This document shows positions 39,888 through 49,789 of a stretch of 64,000 nt of DNA, piece by piece. The first letter of the stretch is position 1. Each line of letters starts with the position of its first letter. Below the pieces are notes generated by a model, which was not told where the DNA came from, made no database searches, and was given only the letters and a program-made list of their open reading frames with translations. The position numbers and the translations under genes were made by a program. Source of the stretch: Paraburkholderia sp. (GTDB lineage: Bacteria > Pseudomonadota > Gammaproteobacteria > Burkholderiales > Burkholderiaceae); NCBI GenBank assembly GCA_035277805.1, contig DATEJU010000128.1, positions 4,395-68,394 of the forward strand. Reading direction: 5' to 3'.

Positions 39888-40603
39888 TACAGGTCTCCTT
39901 CGCGTGCAGCCTTCATCGTCATGCGCTTGAGTCCGGCAATGCCGGCAGTCGGCGAAAGATGCTTGGGACAACGCTCCGTACACGTGGCCTGCGTATGACA
40001 CGAGTGGCAGCCCGCATCGCCGGCCACGGCGCGCAAGCGTTCGAGTGTTTGCGTGTCGCGTTCGTCGTTGACGAGCGTCCATGCCCGGTTGAGCGCGGCG
40101 GGCCCCAGATAATCGGGGCGCCACGTCACGACGTCGCAAGACGAATAACACACGCCGCAACCGATACACTCGATCCCCGCATCGGCCGCCTTTCGTTGCG
40201 CGCTCTCGGGACTCACCCTCGAGAAATCGTCGTAGCGCGTACGGCTACCCGAAAACTGCCCCTTCGCGCGGCTCCACTTGTCGAAGAAGTCGCTCATGTC
40301 GGTCACGAGATCCTTGATGAGCGGCAGGTTCGAAAGTGGCTCGATCTCCAGCTCGTTGTTCGTCGCCACTTTCGATACGTGCGTGCGGCACGTCCAGCGC
40401 GCCTTGCCGTTGACGTTCATGGCACAGGACCCGCACATGCCCACGCGACACGCGAACCGGTAGGCGAGATCGGGCTGCAATTGGCGCTGAATGAACGTCA
40501 CGACATCCAGCACCGTCTGACTTTCGTAACGCGGCACATCATAGGTGACGAGCCCCCGGGTGGCGCTTCTCCAGACTCTTACTCGAAGTTTGTCGGTATT
40601 CAC
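39887..40603 (-). CDS. SdhB/FrdB-like iron-sulfur subunit
   Basis: CRVGMCGSC...C, CIGCGVCYSSC, CHTQATCTERCP; GTG start after GAGAGG. Confidence 0.92.
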   Translation of the reverse strand: MNTDKLRVRVWRSATRGLVTYDVPRYESQTVLDVVTFIQRQLQPDLAYRFACRVGMCGSCAMNVNGKARWTCRTHVSKVATNNELEIEPLSNLPLIKDLVTDMSDFFDKWSRAKGQFSGSRTRYDDFSRVSPESAQRKAADAGIECIGCGVCYSSCDVVTWRPDYLGPAALNRAWTLVNDERDTQTLERLRAVAGDAGCHSCHTQATCTERCPKHLSPTAGIAGLKRMTMKAAREGDL

Positions 40604-40718
40604 GATGCCTCTCGAATAGCTGTTGACACAGTACGATTGAATGGATTTCGCATATCGATTGTTCAGCAATTCTTCGTGAAGAAAAATCGAATAATTCTGG
40701 CGTTCAGGCAAAGGATTC

Positions 40719-41993
40719 CTATGCCTCGCCTGACACTCGCCGAAGCTTCAATACCGTCTCCATTTGCGCGTTGTCGCGCTCCTTTTCGAGGCCGGATACA
40801 ACGAGCGTGGCGACGGCATTGCCTATCATGTTCGTGACGGCACGCACTTCGGAAATGAAGCGGTCCACGCCGAGAATAAGCGCGGCGCCTTCGATGGGAA
40901 TCTGCTTGAACGCCGTGAGCGTGGCGAGCAGCGTGACGAATCCGGCGCCCGATACGCCAGCTGCGCCTTTCGAGCTGATCATCGAAAGCACCATCAGCCC
41001 GATCTGATCTCCCCATGACAGCGGCACGTTATAGGCTTGAGCGATGAACATGGCACAGATGACCTGAGCCACGCAGGTTCCGTCGAGATTGAAGGAGTAG
41101 CCCATTGGCATCACGATACCAACGACCTGTTTTGGGCACCCCATGCCTTCGAGCTTGCGGATCAACTGCGGGAACACGGATTCGGACGACGTCGTGGCGA
41201 GGACGAGAAGAATTTCGCCCTTCAAATGATTGAGCAAGCGCACAAGCCGGAAGCCGCTCATCCGGCAAATGGTGCCCAACACGACCACGATGAAAAAAAT
41301 CGTTGCGAGATAGATCGTGATGAGCAGCATGCCGAGCGAATTCAATGCGGACAATCCATATTTCCCGACTGCAAAGCCCATCGCCCCCAACGCGCCGAGC
41401 GGCGCGAGCTTCATGATGAAGCCGACAATCTTGAAGAGCACCTCTGACACCGCCTCGAAAAACGCCAAGACCGGCTGCCCCCGCTCGCCGATATAGGACA
41501 ATCCCACCGCGAACAGGCAGGCGATCACGACAATCTGAAGCATGTCGCCCGAAGCAAAAGGACTCAGGAAGCTCGACGGGATGATGTTGAGGAAAAATCC
41601 CGTGAGGCCGCCGCCGTGATGCACTTGCGTTTGATATTGCGCCAGCACATGAACATCGGCCGTGCCTGGCTGGATATTCATTCCGACGCCCGGCCCGATC
41701 AGGTTCACGATCAACATGCCGATCAACAAGGCCAGCGTGGTCACCACTTCGAAATAGATGAGGGTCTTGCCCGCGATTCTGCCCAGCGTACGCATTTCGC
41801 CGATCTGCGAGGCGCCACATACGATCGTGGTGAATATCAGCGGCGGCGTAATCATCTTGATCAGACGAATGAACGCATCGGAGAGCGGCTTCAGGGACTG
41901 GGCAAACGCTGGGAAGAAATGACCGAGGGCGACCCCGATCAGAATGGCGATCAGGACCTGGACATAGATGTGCTTGCAAAAACGACGCAACAT
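40719..41993 (-). CDS. C4-dicarboxylate:cation symporter (DctA family), copy 1
   Basis: YVQVLIAI, FIRLIKM, TTSSES, GYSFNLDG, SKGAAGVSG. Confidence 0.92.
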   Translation of the reverse strand: MLRRFCKHIYVQVLIAILIGVALGHFFPAFAQSLKPLSDAFIRLIKMITPPLIFTTIVCGASQIGEMRTLGRIAGKTLIYFEVVTTLALLIGMLIVNLIGPGVGMNIQPGTADVHVLAQYQTQVHHGGGLTGFFLNIIPSSFLSPFASGDMLQIVVIACLFAVGLSYIGERGQPVLAFFEAVSEVLFKIVGFIMKLAPLGALGAMGFAVGKYGLSALNSLGMLLITIYLATIFFIVVVLGTICRMSGFRLVRLLNHLKGEILLVLATTSSESVFPQLIRKLEGMGCPKQVVGIVMPMGYSFNLDGTCVAQVICAMFIAQAYNVPLSWGDQIGLMVLSMISSKGAAGVSGAGFVTLLATLTAFKQIPIEGAALILGVDRFISEVRAVTNMIGNAVATLVVSGLEKERDNAQMETVLKLRRVSGEA

Positions 41994-42200
41994 GGTGTCT
42001 CCTTGATCTCACCTCACGTCGCCTGGCGCGACTTCGGCGAGAAGATGCCGGGTGGCGGGAGACCCGGCACTTTGACCCGTTGTGGCAACAGCGTGGAGAT
42101 CGCCTCTAGCGGGCGAATGCCTCCACGCCGTCTCATGCGTTCAATTGCGGTGTACGCTCGTACTCGGGGATGAATGCGATCGAACGCGTTGATGAGCGCT

Positions 42201-42482
42201 TTACCAGCGCTTCGTCTTCATGTTGTGAACGTGAGCGTGCTCGCCCGCCTTGATGGGTGCCACAACCTTGCCAATATCGACGCCGTACTTGTAGACCGTG
42301 TCGCCCACGGCCATGTCCTTGAGCGCCACCTTGTGGCCAATCGGAATGTCCTGCCGAGCGACGATCGTAACGACCTTGTCGTCGTCCATGATCCAGGCAT
42401 TCAACGCGACGCCCGCCTTGATGCCCTCCACCACGGCAACGCCAACCGTGTCTTCGCGCTCATGCAATACCGCGTGAATCAT
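42201..42482 (-). CDS. suyA: SAF-domain UxaA-family alpha subunit (SuyA-like), orphan copy
   Basis: DIPIGHKVAL, KYGVDIG, GEHAHVHN, KTKRW. Confidence 0.75.
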   Translation of the reverse strand: MIHAVLHEREDTVGVAVVEGIKAGVALNAWIMDDDKVVTIVARQDIPIGHKVALKDMAVGDTVYKYGVDIGKVVAPIKAGEHAHVHNMKTKRW

Positions 42483-42564
42483 CGTCTACTCCTTGTTTAA
42501 GTCAAACCGGATATGAATCGGCAAGTCCCCCAAGGCCACTGTCCGACATTGGCGAGGAGATGGG

Positions 42565-43356
42565 CTAGCCGAACAAAACAGGCACGGAACGAACGATCAG
42601 ATTGACAGCCGCGACGATCAGAATGATCCATAGCAGCGTCAGAACACGCGGCGCTGAAATCGCGCTGCGCAGCCTCGCCCCCGCGAACAGTCCCGCTGCG
42701 CCGCAAGGCAACAGAAAGCTGGCGAGCGGCAGGACAGCCGGGTTTTTATAGAGCCCGGAAGCCGTGAAGAGGAAGAGCCGGGCAACCGCCGTGGCGGTAA
42801 TGAGTGTGCTGATGGTTGCGCGCCGCTGGTCGGGATCGCGCAGACGACCGGCCAGATAAATTGTATAGACGGGTCCGCCGGTGCCAAATACGGCTGTCAG
42901 GCATCCGCCAAAGAAACCCAGCGGAAGGGCCCAGCGCCCGCCTATCTCGCGAAATTCGCCTCGGGACGTGACCTTCCAGAGGGAGTAGGCCAGCAGGCAT
43001 ACCCCAAGAATGAGTTCAAGCGGTTTTTCCGGCACGCTCACCAGTACGCTCACGCCCAGCAAAAGCCCGATGCACAGCCATGGCCCGAGCCTTTTCAGCT
43101 CATGTGTCTGAACAGACTGAAGGTTGCGCATGCCCACGAGCATCCCCGCGACGAGGTCCAGCACGAGCATCACGGGTGTTGCCGTGCGCAGGGGAACCAG
43201 TTGCGTCAGCAACGGTATGGCGACGATGGACGAGCCAAAACCCGTCAGCCCGTACACCAGATACGCGATCGCCACGACGCCCCCCGCGATTGCGATCGAA
43301 CCGACACCGATTCCGATGGCGCCGGCAGCGATTTGCGCATTCAACCAGGCTGTCAT
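42565..43356 (-). CDS. Sulfite exporter TauE/SafE family
   Basis: GLTGFG, FGTGGP; about 8 TM segments. Confidence 0.88.
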   Translation of the reverse strand: MTAWLNAQIAAGAIGIGVGSIAIAGGVVAIAYLVYGLTGFGSSIVAIPLLTQLVPLRTATPVMLVLDLVAGMLVGMRNLQSVQTHELKRLGPWLCIGLLLGVSVLVSVPEKPLELILGVCLLAYSLWKVTSRGEFREIGGRWALPLGFFGGCLTAVFGTGGPVYTIYLAGRLRDPDQRRATISTLITATAVARLFLFTASGLYKNPAVLPLASFLLPCGAAGLFAGARLRSAISAPRVLTLLWIILIVAAVNLIVRSVPVLFG

Positions 43357-43430
43357 TGATGAGGGGTCTCGGTGTAACTTCCAACACTGTGGAGTGGTGC
43401 AGGCGATGCGCTTGCGGCACCACCCCTGAA

Positions 43431-43467
43431 ATTTCGGCCGCGGATTTCGGCCGCGGATTTTGGCCGC
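43431..43467. repeat. 13-bp tandem repeat in the tauE-lysR intergenic region
   Basis: ATTTCGGCCGCGG x2 followed by ATTTTGGCCGC. Confidence 0.8.
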
Positions 43468-43598
43468 ATTGCTGCGTCCATTGTCGCTTGCGGCATGCTA
43501 AAGATATACGCAGTAATGGTTTTCCTGAGACCAGGAAATACTTTAGGTGCGTATCATTTTGGGAATCAAATCGAGCATGCCACTTCGCAACGCGAGCA

Positions 43599-44477
43599 AT
43601 GCCATCCATTCGCACCCTCAAAATATTTCTCTCCGTCGCTCGATGTGGCACCTTTGCCGCCGCCGGCAACAAGGTTGGCCTCACCGCTGCTGCAATCGGT
43701 CTTCAAATCCGCGCGCTCGAAAGCGATCTCAACGCTCAGCTTTTTGACCGCAACGCGCGCGCTGCGGTGCTCAATCCGGTTGGTCGCGCACTTATTCCCG
43801 AGATCGAGGAAATCGTTCGCCGTTACGAGCTCCTGGAGATCTCCGCGGGCGGCGGCGAAATGTCTGGAACGGTCGTGATAGGCGCACTGGTTTCCGCGCT
43901 GATGGGTGCGTTCGCGGACGCCTTGTGGGCGATCCGCCGGCACCACCCTCGCCTCGATGTGCATCTGCTCGCGGGCATGTCCAGCGATTTCGCGCACCAG
44001 GTCGAAGTTGGCGAACTCGATGCCGCGGTCGTCACGCAATCACCGCACCCTCTCGCGTCCACGCTGCTTTGGACACCGCTCTATTCCGAACCGATGATTC
44101 TCATCATGCCTACCGCCCCGCACTTCGATTTGCCGCCGGAGCAGGATGACATCCTCCGCAATGCGCCGTTCATGCGCTTCGACCGCAGCACCTGGACCGG
44201 CCACCTCGTGCAGAACGTGATCGATCAATGCAAGATCGAAGTCAATGAAGCCATGGAGCTGAACTCCGTCGAGGCGATCGTCGCGCTGGTGCGGCAGGGC
44301 TTCGGTATTTCGATCGTTCCCAAGCTCGCGAACGTCGATTTCGACAACGATCGCGCAATCCGCGTCATGTCGCTCGATGGCGTCGACGTGCGGCGCCATG
44401 TGGGGTTGCTCGAACGCGTCAAGCACAGCCGGACTGCGTTCACCGACGCGCTCAAAAGCTACTTCACCGCGACCTGA
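43599..44477 (+). CDS. LysR-family regulator
   Basis: GTFAAAGNKVGLTAAAIGLQIRALE...LFDR; divergent from tauE. Confidence 0.93.
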   Translation: MPSIRTLKIFLSVARCGTFAAAGNKVGLTAAAIGLQIRALESDLNAQLFDRNARAAVLNPVGRALIPEIEEIVRRYELLEISAGGGEMSGTVVIGALVSALMGAFADALWAIRRHHPRLDVHLLAGMSSDFAHQVEVGELDAAVVTQSPHPLASTLLWTPLYSEPMILIMPTAPHFDLPPEQDDILRNAPFMRFDRSTWTGHLVQNVIDQCKIEVNEAMELNSVEAIVALVRQGFGISIVPKLANVDFDNDRAIRVMSLDGVDVRRHVGLLERVKHSRTAFTDALKSYFTAT

Positions 44478-44502
44478 GGCGGCTGGCGAGCACCGCGCGC
44501 AC

Positions 44503-45504
44503 TCACGCCGCCAGAGCGCGCAACTGATTGAGCAGGGCGTCGGGAATGTCGATGCCGTCACGCGCGGCGGTCTCTGCGAGATCGGTCCGGCGCTGCCCCG
44601 GCAAGCGCACATCGGCATCCTGCAGCATCACCACGATCAGCGCCTCGACACGCGACAGATAGGCGGCGTTGCCCGCCAACGCACCCGGATCGATTGCCCA
44701 GAACAAGTGGCCCACGCGCGACTTCTCGCCCTCTTCGGTCAGGAACGAGCCCGCCTCGTAGCCGAAGTTTGCGCCGGCCAGCGCCGCTGCGAGCAATTCG
44801 ACCATCAGCGCGAGCATCGCCCCTTTTGCCCCGCCAAACGGCAGCATCATGCCGTCCAGCGCGGCCTTCGCATCGGTCGTCGGCCTGCCGTCGCGCGATG
44901 TGGCCCAACCCTCGGGTATCGGCTTGCCTTCGCGGGCGGCCACCATGATCTTGCCCCGGGCGACATTGGACAACGACAGGTCGATCATCAAGGGCTTGCC
45001 GTCGCGGCGCGGAAACACGGCCGCCACGGGATTGGTGCCGAAAACGGCGTGCCGGCCGCCCCACGCCGGCATCGCGGCGGGCGTGTTGCTGAACGCAAGC
45101 CCCACCATGCCGGCCGCGCCAACCGGCTCCAGATGCCAGGCGCCCGCGCCAAGGTGATGGCTGCGCTTCACGCTAACGATCGCACTGCCGTGTTTCCGCG
45201 CGCGGTCCACGAGCGTTTCGATCGCGAGTTCGCAAGCCGGAAACGCCATGCCGTCCGCAGCGTCGATCAGCACCGCCGCATTGCGCGATTCGACGATCGC
45301 CGGATTCGCCTTTGCATCGACACGCCCGTTGCGCAACTGCGCGACATACATCGGCAGGCGCGCGACGCCGTGCGAAGACAAGCCTCGTTCGTCGGCATAA
45401 ACGAGCGCGCGTGCGGTCGCCGCCGCCGTGTGCGGCGTGGCGCCAGCGGCAAGCATCGTGCGCATGGCAAGGTCGCAAAGATCACCGGACGATATCCGCG
45501 TCAT
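44503..45504 (-). CDS. comC: Ldh_2-family oxidoreductase, (2R)-3-sulfolactate dehydrogenase ComC-like
   Basis: SHGVARL, SHHLG, FGTNP, ARGKI, PFGGAKG, RLPG; context with suyAB. Confidence 0.75.
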   Translation of the reverse strand: MTRISSGDLCDLAMRTMLAAGATPHTAAATARALVYADERGLSSHGVARLPMYVAQLRNGRVDAKANPAIVESRNAAVLIDAADGMAFPACELAIETLVDRARKHGSAIVSVKRSHHLGAGAWHLEPVGAAGMVGLAFSNTPAAMPAWGGRHAVFGTNPVAAVFPRRDGKPLMIDLSLSNVARGKIMVAAREGKPIPEGWATSRDGRPTTDAKAALDGMMLPFGGAKGAMLALMVELLAAALAGANFGYEAGSFLTEEGEKSRVGHLFWAIDPGALAGNAAYLSRVEALIVVMLQDADVRLPGQRRTDLAETAARDGIDIPDALLNQLRALAA

Positions 45505-45505
45505 A

Positions 45506-46480
45506 TCAGAGTTCCTTCGTTGTCGTTGAGTCATGCTCGCCCGCGAGCAGCGCATTTATCACGCGCGAGGCGACCAGCGTGCTCACGCGCTCGTTCGACT
45601 GCACCGTCAAGCCGGCAATATGCGGCGTGAGGATCAGGTTCGGCACGCCGGCGAGCGGCGAACCCGGCTTGAGCGGCTCGTCGGCGAACACATCGAGCGC
45701 GGCGCCGCCAAGGCGGCCCTGCGTCAGCGCGTCGGCCAGCGCGCTTTCGTCGATCACCCCGCCTCTCGACGTATTGATCAGGACTGCATGTGGTTTGAGC
45801 ATCTTCAGTTGCGCCGGGCCGAGCAGATTGTGCGTGCTCTCGACGAGCGGCACGTGAACGCTCACGACGTCCGCGGCGCGCAGCGCGTCGTCGAACGACA
45901 GGCCCCGTGCGCCCGTCTCCTGCCAGCAGGACGCATCGCCGCGAATCTGCGGATCAAAGCCCACAACCTGCATGCCGATGCCGCGCGCGAGTTGCGCGAC
46001 AAGCCGCCCAATGCCGCCGAAACCGATCACGGCCATTGTGCCGCCCGCCGCTTCGCGCCCGTTCGAGAGCGCGGTGCGTGGCCACTGCCCTTGAGCGACG
46101 GCCGCGCTCGACAGGTACGCGCCACGCAGCAGCATCAGTGCCGCAGCGATCACATACTCGGCCACGGCAGTTGCGTTTGCGCCCGTTGCCGGCAGCACCT
46201 GCACGCCGCGCTCCCTGCACGCGCCGAGCGCGATATTGTCCAGCCCGACACCGAGCCGCCCCACCACCGACAAGCGCGGCGCGCCGTCCAGCAGCGCGGC
46301 GGTGACCTGTGTGCGGTTGCGCACGATCAGTGCATCGGCGTCGGCCAGCAGCGCGCGCAGCCGGTCGGGTTCGTCGACGAGCGACGCTTGCGCGCGCACG
46401 TCGAAATGACGCCGCAGCGAATCCACCGCTAACGCATCCATGAACTCGCTGATAACGATTTTCTTGCGATCGGTTGTCAA
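45506..46480 (-). CDS. slcC: D-2-hydroxyacid dehydrogenase, (S)-sulfolactate dehydrogenase SlcC-like
   Basis: IVISEFMD, IVRNRTQV, GRLGVGLDNI, GFGGIG, TPHIAGLT; TTG start overlapping the dctA stop. Confidence 0.75.
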   Translation of the reverse strand: MTTDRKKIVISEFMDALAVDSLRRHFDVRAQASLVDEPDRLRALLADADALIVRNRTQVTAALLDGAPRLSVVGRLGVGLDNIALGACRERGVQVLPATGANATAVAEYVIAAALMLLRGAYLSSAAVAQGQWPRTALSNGREAAGGTMAVIGFGGIGRLVAQLARGIGMQVVGFDPQIRGDASCWQETGARGLSFDDALRAADVVSVHVPLVESTHNLLGPAQLKMLKPHAVLINTSRGGVIDESALADALTQGRLGGAALDVFADEPLKPGSPLAGVPNLILTPHIAGLTVQSNERVSTLVASRVINALLAGEHDSTTTKEL

Positions 46481-47817
46481 TTTGAGCGTTCCTGTACGTA
46501 AGCGGGCGGCTTTCTTTCGTTGACGCCAATAGCCGGTTCGGCCTTCGCATCGCTGACGCCGTGGATTGCGCGTGGCGAGGCCAGCACCTTGCATGCCGCC
46601 TCGGCGTCGAACGCGCCTTCCCAGCGCGCGACCACGATCGTCGCCACCGCGTTGCCGATCATATTGACGATCGCGCGAATCTCGTTGAGCACGCGGTCGA
46701 TGCCGATAATCAGCGTGATGCCCGCAACGGGAATGATGTTGTGCGTAGAGAGCGTGGCCGTGAGCGCGACCAGCGCCGCGCCCGCCACACCCGCGCCGCC
46801 CTTCGACGTGAGCAGCAAGATCGCGAGCAGGCCGAGCTGTTGTAACAGCGACAGATGCGTATTGGTGGCCTGCGCGATGAAAAGCGACGTCATCGTGAGA
46901 TAGATGGCCGCGCCGTCGAGATTGAACGAATAACCGGTTGGCAGCACGAGACCGACGACAGGCTTCGGGCAGCCGAGACGTTCGAGCTTGTCCATCAGGC
47001 GCGGCAGCACCGATTCCGTGGTCGAGGTGCCCAGCACGATGAGCAGCTCCTCGCGCAGATAGTTGAGCAGCGGCCACAAGCCGACGCCGGCGCAGCGGCA
47101 GATCGTGCCAAGCACCAATACGATGAACAGGATGCTGGTGAGATAGAAGCACACGATCAGCAAACCTAACTGCTGCAGCGTGCCGATGCCATACCGGCCC
47201 ACCGTAAACGCCATGGCGCCGAACGCACCGAGCGGCGCAAGCCGCATGATCATCTCGACGATACGCATGAGCGCCTCGCCGCTCTGCTCGATCACGCGCG
47301 ACAGGAAGCGGCTGTTGCGCGACATGATCGACAATGCCACGCCGAACAGCACCGAGAACAGCAGCACCTGCAGCAGGTTGCCGCGCGCGAACGCGCCGAC
47401 CACCGAGTTCGGCACGATCTCTTCGAGAATGCTTTGCGACGCCGCTGCATGCGCTTCGCTTACGTAGTGGCTCACGGCCTGCGTGTCGAGCGATGCCGGG
47501 TCGATATTGAGTCCTTCGCCCGGATGCAGCACGTTCGCCACCACCAGACCGATCACCAGCGCGAGCGTCGTCACGGCTTCGAAATACACAATCGTTTTGA
47601 CGCCCACTCGCCCGACATGCTTGAGATTTTCCATCCGTGCGATACCGAGCGACACGGTGCAGAAAATCACTAGCGTGATCAGCATTTTGATCAGGCGAAT
47701 GAAGGTGTCGCCCAATGGTTTCATTTCAACGCCGAAGTGCGGCCAGAAAAAGCCGACGAGAATACCGGCCGCAAGTCCGATCAGGACCTGGGCATAAAGA
47801 TGTCTGAGCACGCGCAA
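46477..47817 (-). CDS. C4-dicarboxylate:cation symporter (DctA family), copy 2
   Basis: YAQVLIG, FIRLIKM, GTSTTES, GYSFNLDG; probable TTG start after GGAGGAG. Confidence 0.9.
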   Translation of the reverse strand: MRVLRHLYAQVLIGLAAGILVGFFWPHFGVEMKPLGDTFIRLIKMLITLVIFCTVSLGIARMENLKHVGRVGVKTIVYFEAVTTLALVIGLVVANVLHPGEGLNIDPASLDTQAVSHYVSEAHAAASQSILEEIVPNSVVGAFARGNLLQVLLFSVLFGVALSIMSRNSRFLSRVIEQSGEALMRIVEMIMRLAPLGAFGAMAFTVGRYGIGTLQQLGLLIVCFYLTSILFIVLVLGTICRCAGVGLWPLLNYLREELLIVLGTSTTESVLPRLMDKLERLGCPKPVVGLVLPTGYSFNLDGAAIYLTMTSLFIAQATNTHLSLLQQLGLLAILLLTSKGGAGVAGAALVALTATLSTHNIIPVAGITLIIGIDRVLNEIRAIVNMIGNAVATIVVARWEGAFDAEAACKVLASPRAIHGVSDAKAEPAIGVNERKPPAYVQERSN

Positions 47818-48002
47818 GATGGTGTCTCCTCCACTCGCTGCTGCCTGGCAGGACGGTTTCGCGCACCGTGGGCGGACTTCAGTGGTCCAGGTTTGACGGC
47901 CATGCCTCCACGGCCTTTTGCGCATCGGTGCGCGCAACTGTAGCGAAACTGCGTTCGCGAAGCCCGCCGCACAAGCGGGCTTCCGGGTGTCGCTTGCGCG
48001 TT

Positions 48003-49178
48003 TCAGGCGCTTTCGAACAGGCGCGTGAGCACGAACTCGCGATGGCCCAGCGTTTCCGCCGAGGTCCAGCGGCCGTTCGCCGTAGCGAGCATCGACTCGA
48101 GCAGTTTGTCGCCCGCCTGATCGAGGTTCTGCTCACGCTGCAGCAGGCCCGACACGTCGACGTCGATATGCTCGCTCATCGTGCGCACGGTGCGCGGATT
48201 CGCGCAGATCTTGATCACCGGGACGATCGGATTGCCGATCACGTTGCCCTGCCCCGTCGGGAAGAAATGTACGGCGAAACCCGAGGCCGCGCACAGCGTC
48301 ACCATCTCCGCTGCCGCCGAAGACGAGTCCATGAACCACAAGCCCGAATGCGTCGGCTCCTCGGCCTTGTCGAGCACGCCATCCACGCGGCACTTCTTGC
48401 CGATCTTCTGGATATTGCCTAGCGCCTTCTCCTCGATCGTGGTGAGGCCGCCCGCAATATTGCCCTTCGTCGGCTGCGACTCGGAGAGGTCGTCGGTCTT
48501 CCAGCGGTTGATCATGTCCTGATAGCGGTCGAACATGAACTGGAAGCGCTCACGCACCTGGTCGTTCGCGCAGCGCGCCGCGACGATCTGCTCGCCGCCC
48601 GTCAGCTCCGAGGTCTCGCCGAACACGAGCGTGGTCCCGAGCCCATAGAGCTTGTCGAACGCATTGCCGACCGTCGGGTTCGCGCCGCAGCCCGACGTCG
48701 TGTCCGACTCGCCGCACTTGGTCGACACCCACAGCTCGGAGATCAGACACTCCTCGCGCTCGAGCGAAGTTGCCCACTGCACCATTTCCTTCGCGGCTTT
48801 CGAAGCCCGCAAGATCGTGTCGTGGTCGCCGTGCAGCTCGATGCCGAAGCCCATCACCGGCTTGCCCGACTTCGCAATGCCGTCCACCACGCGCTTGGTC
48901 CAGCCTTCCTCGATGCCGATCACGATCACGCCGGCGACGTTCGGGTTGCAGCCCGCACCGATCAGCGTGCGGAAATGCAAATCGAGGTCCGCGCCGAACT
49001 GGAGGCGGCCGTAGGGATGCGGCAGCGCCATGGTGCCCTTGATGTTGTGCTCGACCGCTTGCGCGGCAGCGTTCGACAAGTCGTCTACGGGCAGGACGAT
49101 GACGTGGTTACGCACGCCGACGCGGCCGTTCGAGCGGCGATAGCCGCGGAAAATGGTGTTCTGGTCAATCACGCTCAT
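48003..49178 (-). CDS. suyB: UxaA-family lyase beta subunit, (R)-sulfolactate sulfo-lyase SuyB-like
   Basis: [53 protein letters not shown]. Confidence 0.85.
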   Translation of the reverse strand: MSVIDQNTIFRGYRRSNGRVGVRNHVIVLPVDDLSNAAAQAVEHNIKGTMALPHPYGRLQFGADLDLHFRTLIGAGCNPNVAGVIVIGIEEGWTKRVVDGIAKSGKPVMGFGIELHGDHDTILRASKAAKEMVQWATSLEREECLISELWVSTKCGESDTTSGCGANPTVGNAFDKLYGLGTTLVFGETSELTGGEQIVAARCANDQVRERFQFMFDRYQDMINRWKTDDLSESQPTKGNIAGGLTTIEEKALGNIQKIGKKCRVDGVLDKAEEPTHSGLWFMDSSSAAAEMVTLCAASGFAVHFFPTGQGNVIGNPIVPVIKICANPRTVRTMSEHIDVDVSGLLQREQNLDQAGDKLLESMLATANGRWTSAETLGHREFVLTRLFESA

Positions 49179-49269
49179 GGTGTCTCTCTGTATGGGAGGG
49201 GTTCAACAGGCTGGTTCCAGCGCCATCGGGCGGTGGCGCGACGCCGCGCCTCGCCGGATGTCCCGCGGC

Positions 49270-49620
49270 TTACCAGCGCTTCGTCTTGATGTTGTGAACG
49301 TGAGCGTGCTCACCCGCCTTGATGGGCGCCACGACCTTGCCGATGTCGACGCCGTACTTGTAGACCGTGTCACCCACGGCCATGTCCTTGAGCGCTACCT
49401 TGTGCCCGATCGGAATGTCCTGCTTCGCCACGACGGTGACGATTTCGTCCTCGTCCATGATCCACGCGTTCAGTTGCGTGCCCGCCCTTATGCCCTCAAC
49501 GACGGCGACACCAACCGTGTCCTTCGCCTCGTGCAGCACGATGTGTATCGTCCTGCGCGCCGGATCGGCATGGGCCGCCGTTGAATCGGCCTGCTGTGGT
49601 GCTTGAGCTGCCTGGCTCAT
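49270..49620 (-). CDS. suyA: (R)-sulfolactate sulfo-lyase alpha subunit SuyA-like
   Basis: SAF-domain motifs; directly upstream of suyB. Confidence 0.85.
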   Translation of the reverse strand: MSQAAQAPQQADSTAAHADPARRTIHIVLHEAKDTVGVAVVEGIRAGTQLNAWIMDEDEIVTVVAKQDIPIGHKVALKDMAVGDTVYKYGVDIGKVVAPIKAGEHAHVHNIKTKRW

Positions 49621-49698
49621 ATGAGTGTCTCCAGTTTCGTTCACGGGGGGTCTGGCGCGTGGCCATGCTGCGCATCTTAGACACCCGATTCATCCATG

Positions 49699-49724
49699 TC
49701 AACCATATCATCTATATGTGTTGA
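49699..49724. promoter_or_regulatory. Imperfect inverted repeat in the suyA/gntR divergent promoter
   Basis: TCAAC-CATAT-CATCT-ATATG-T-GTTGA. Confidence 0.4.
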
Positions 49725-49789
49725 ATAAGCCAGATGAGGTAAAATCGGGCAAAAGTCCGGAAGGCATGCCAGGAAGGGAGCACAGCGCA

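Noticed and set aside
35898..40603. Housekeeping sdhCDAB or nadB
   Set aside because: Atypical gene order, interleaved hydro-lyase subunits, missing FAD-His, and no gltA/mdh or nadA/nadC context
48003..49620. Altronate or galactarate dehydratase interpretation of the UxaA-family genes
   Set aside because: The split alpha/beta form with slcC-, comC- and tauE-like neighbours fits sulfolactate sulfo-lyase better
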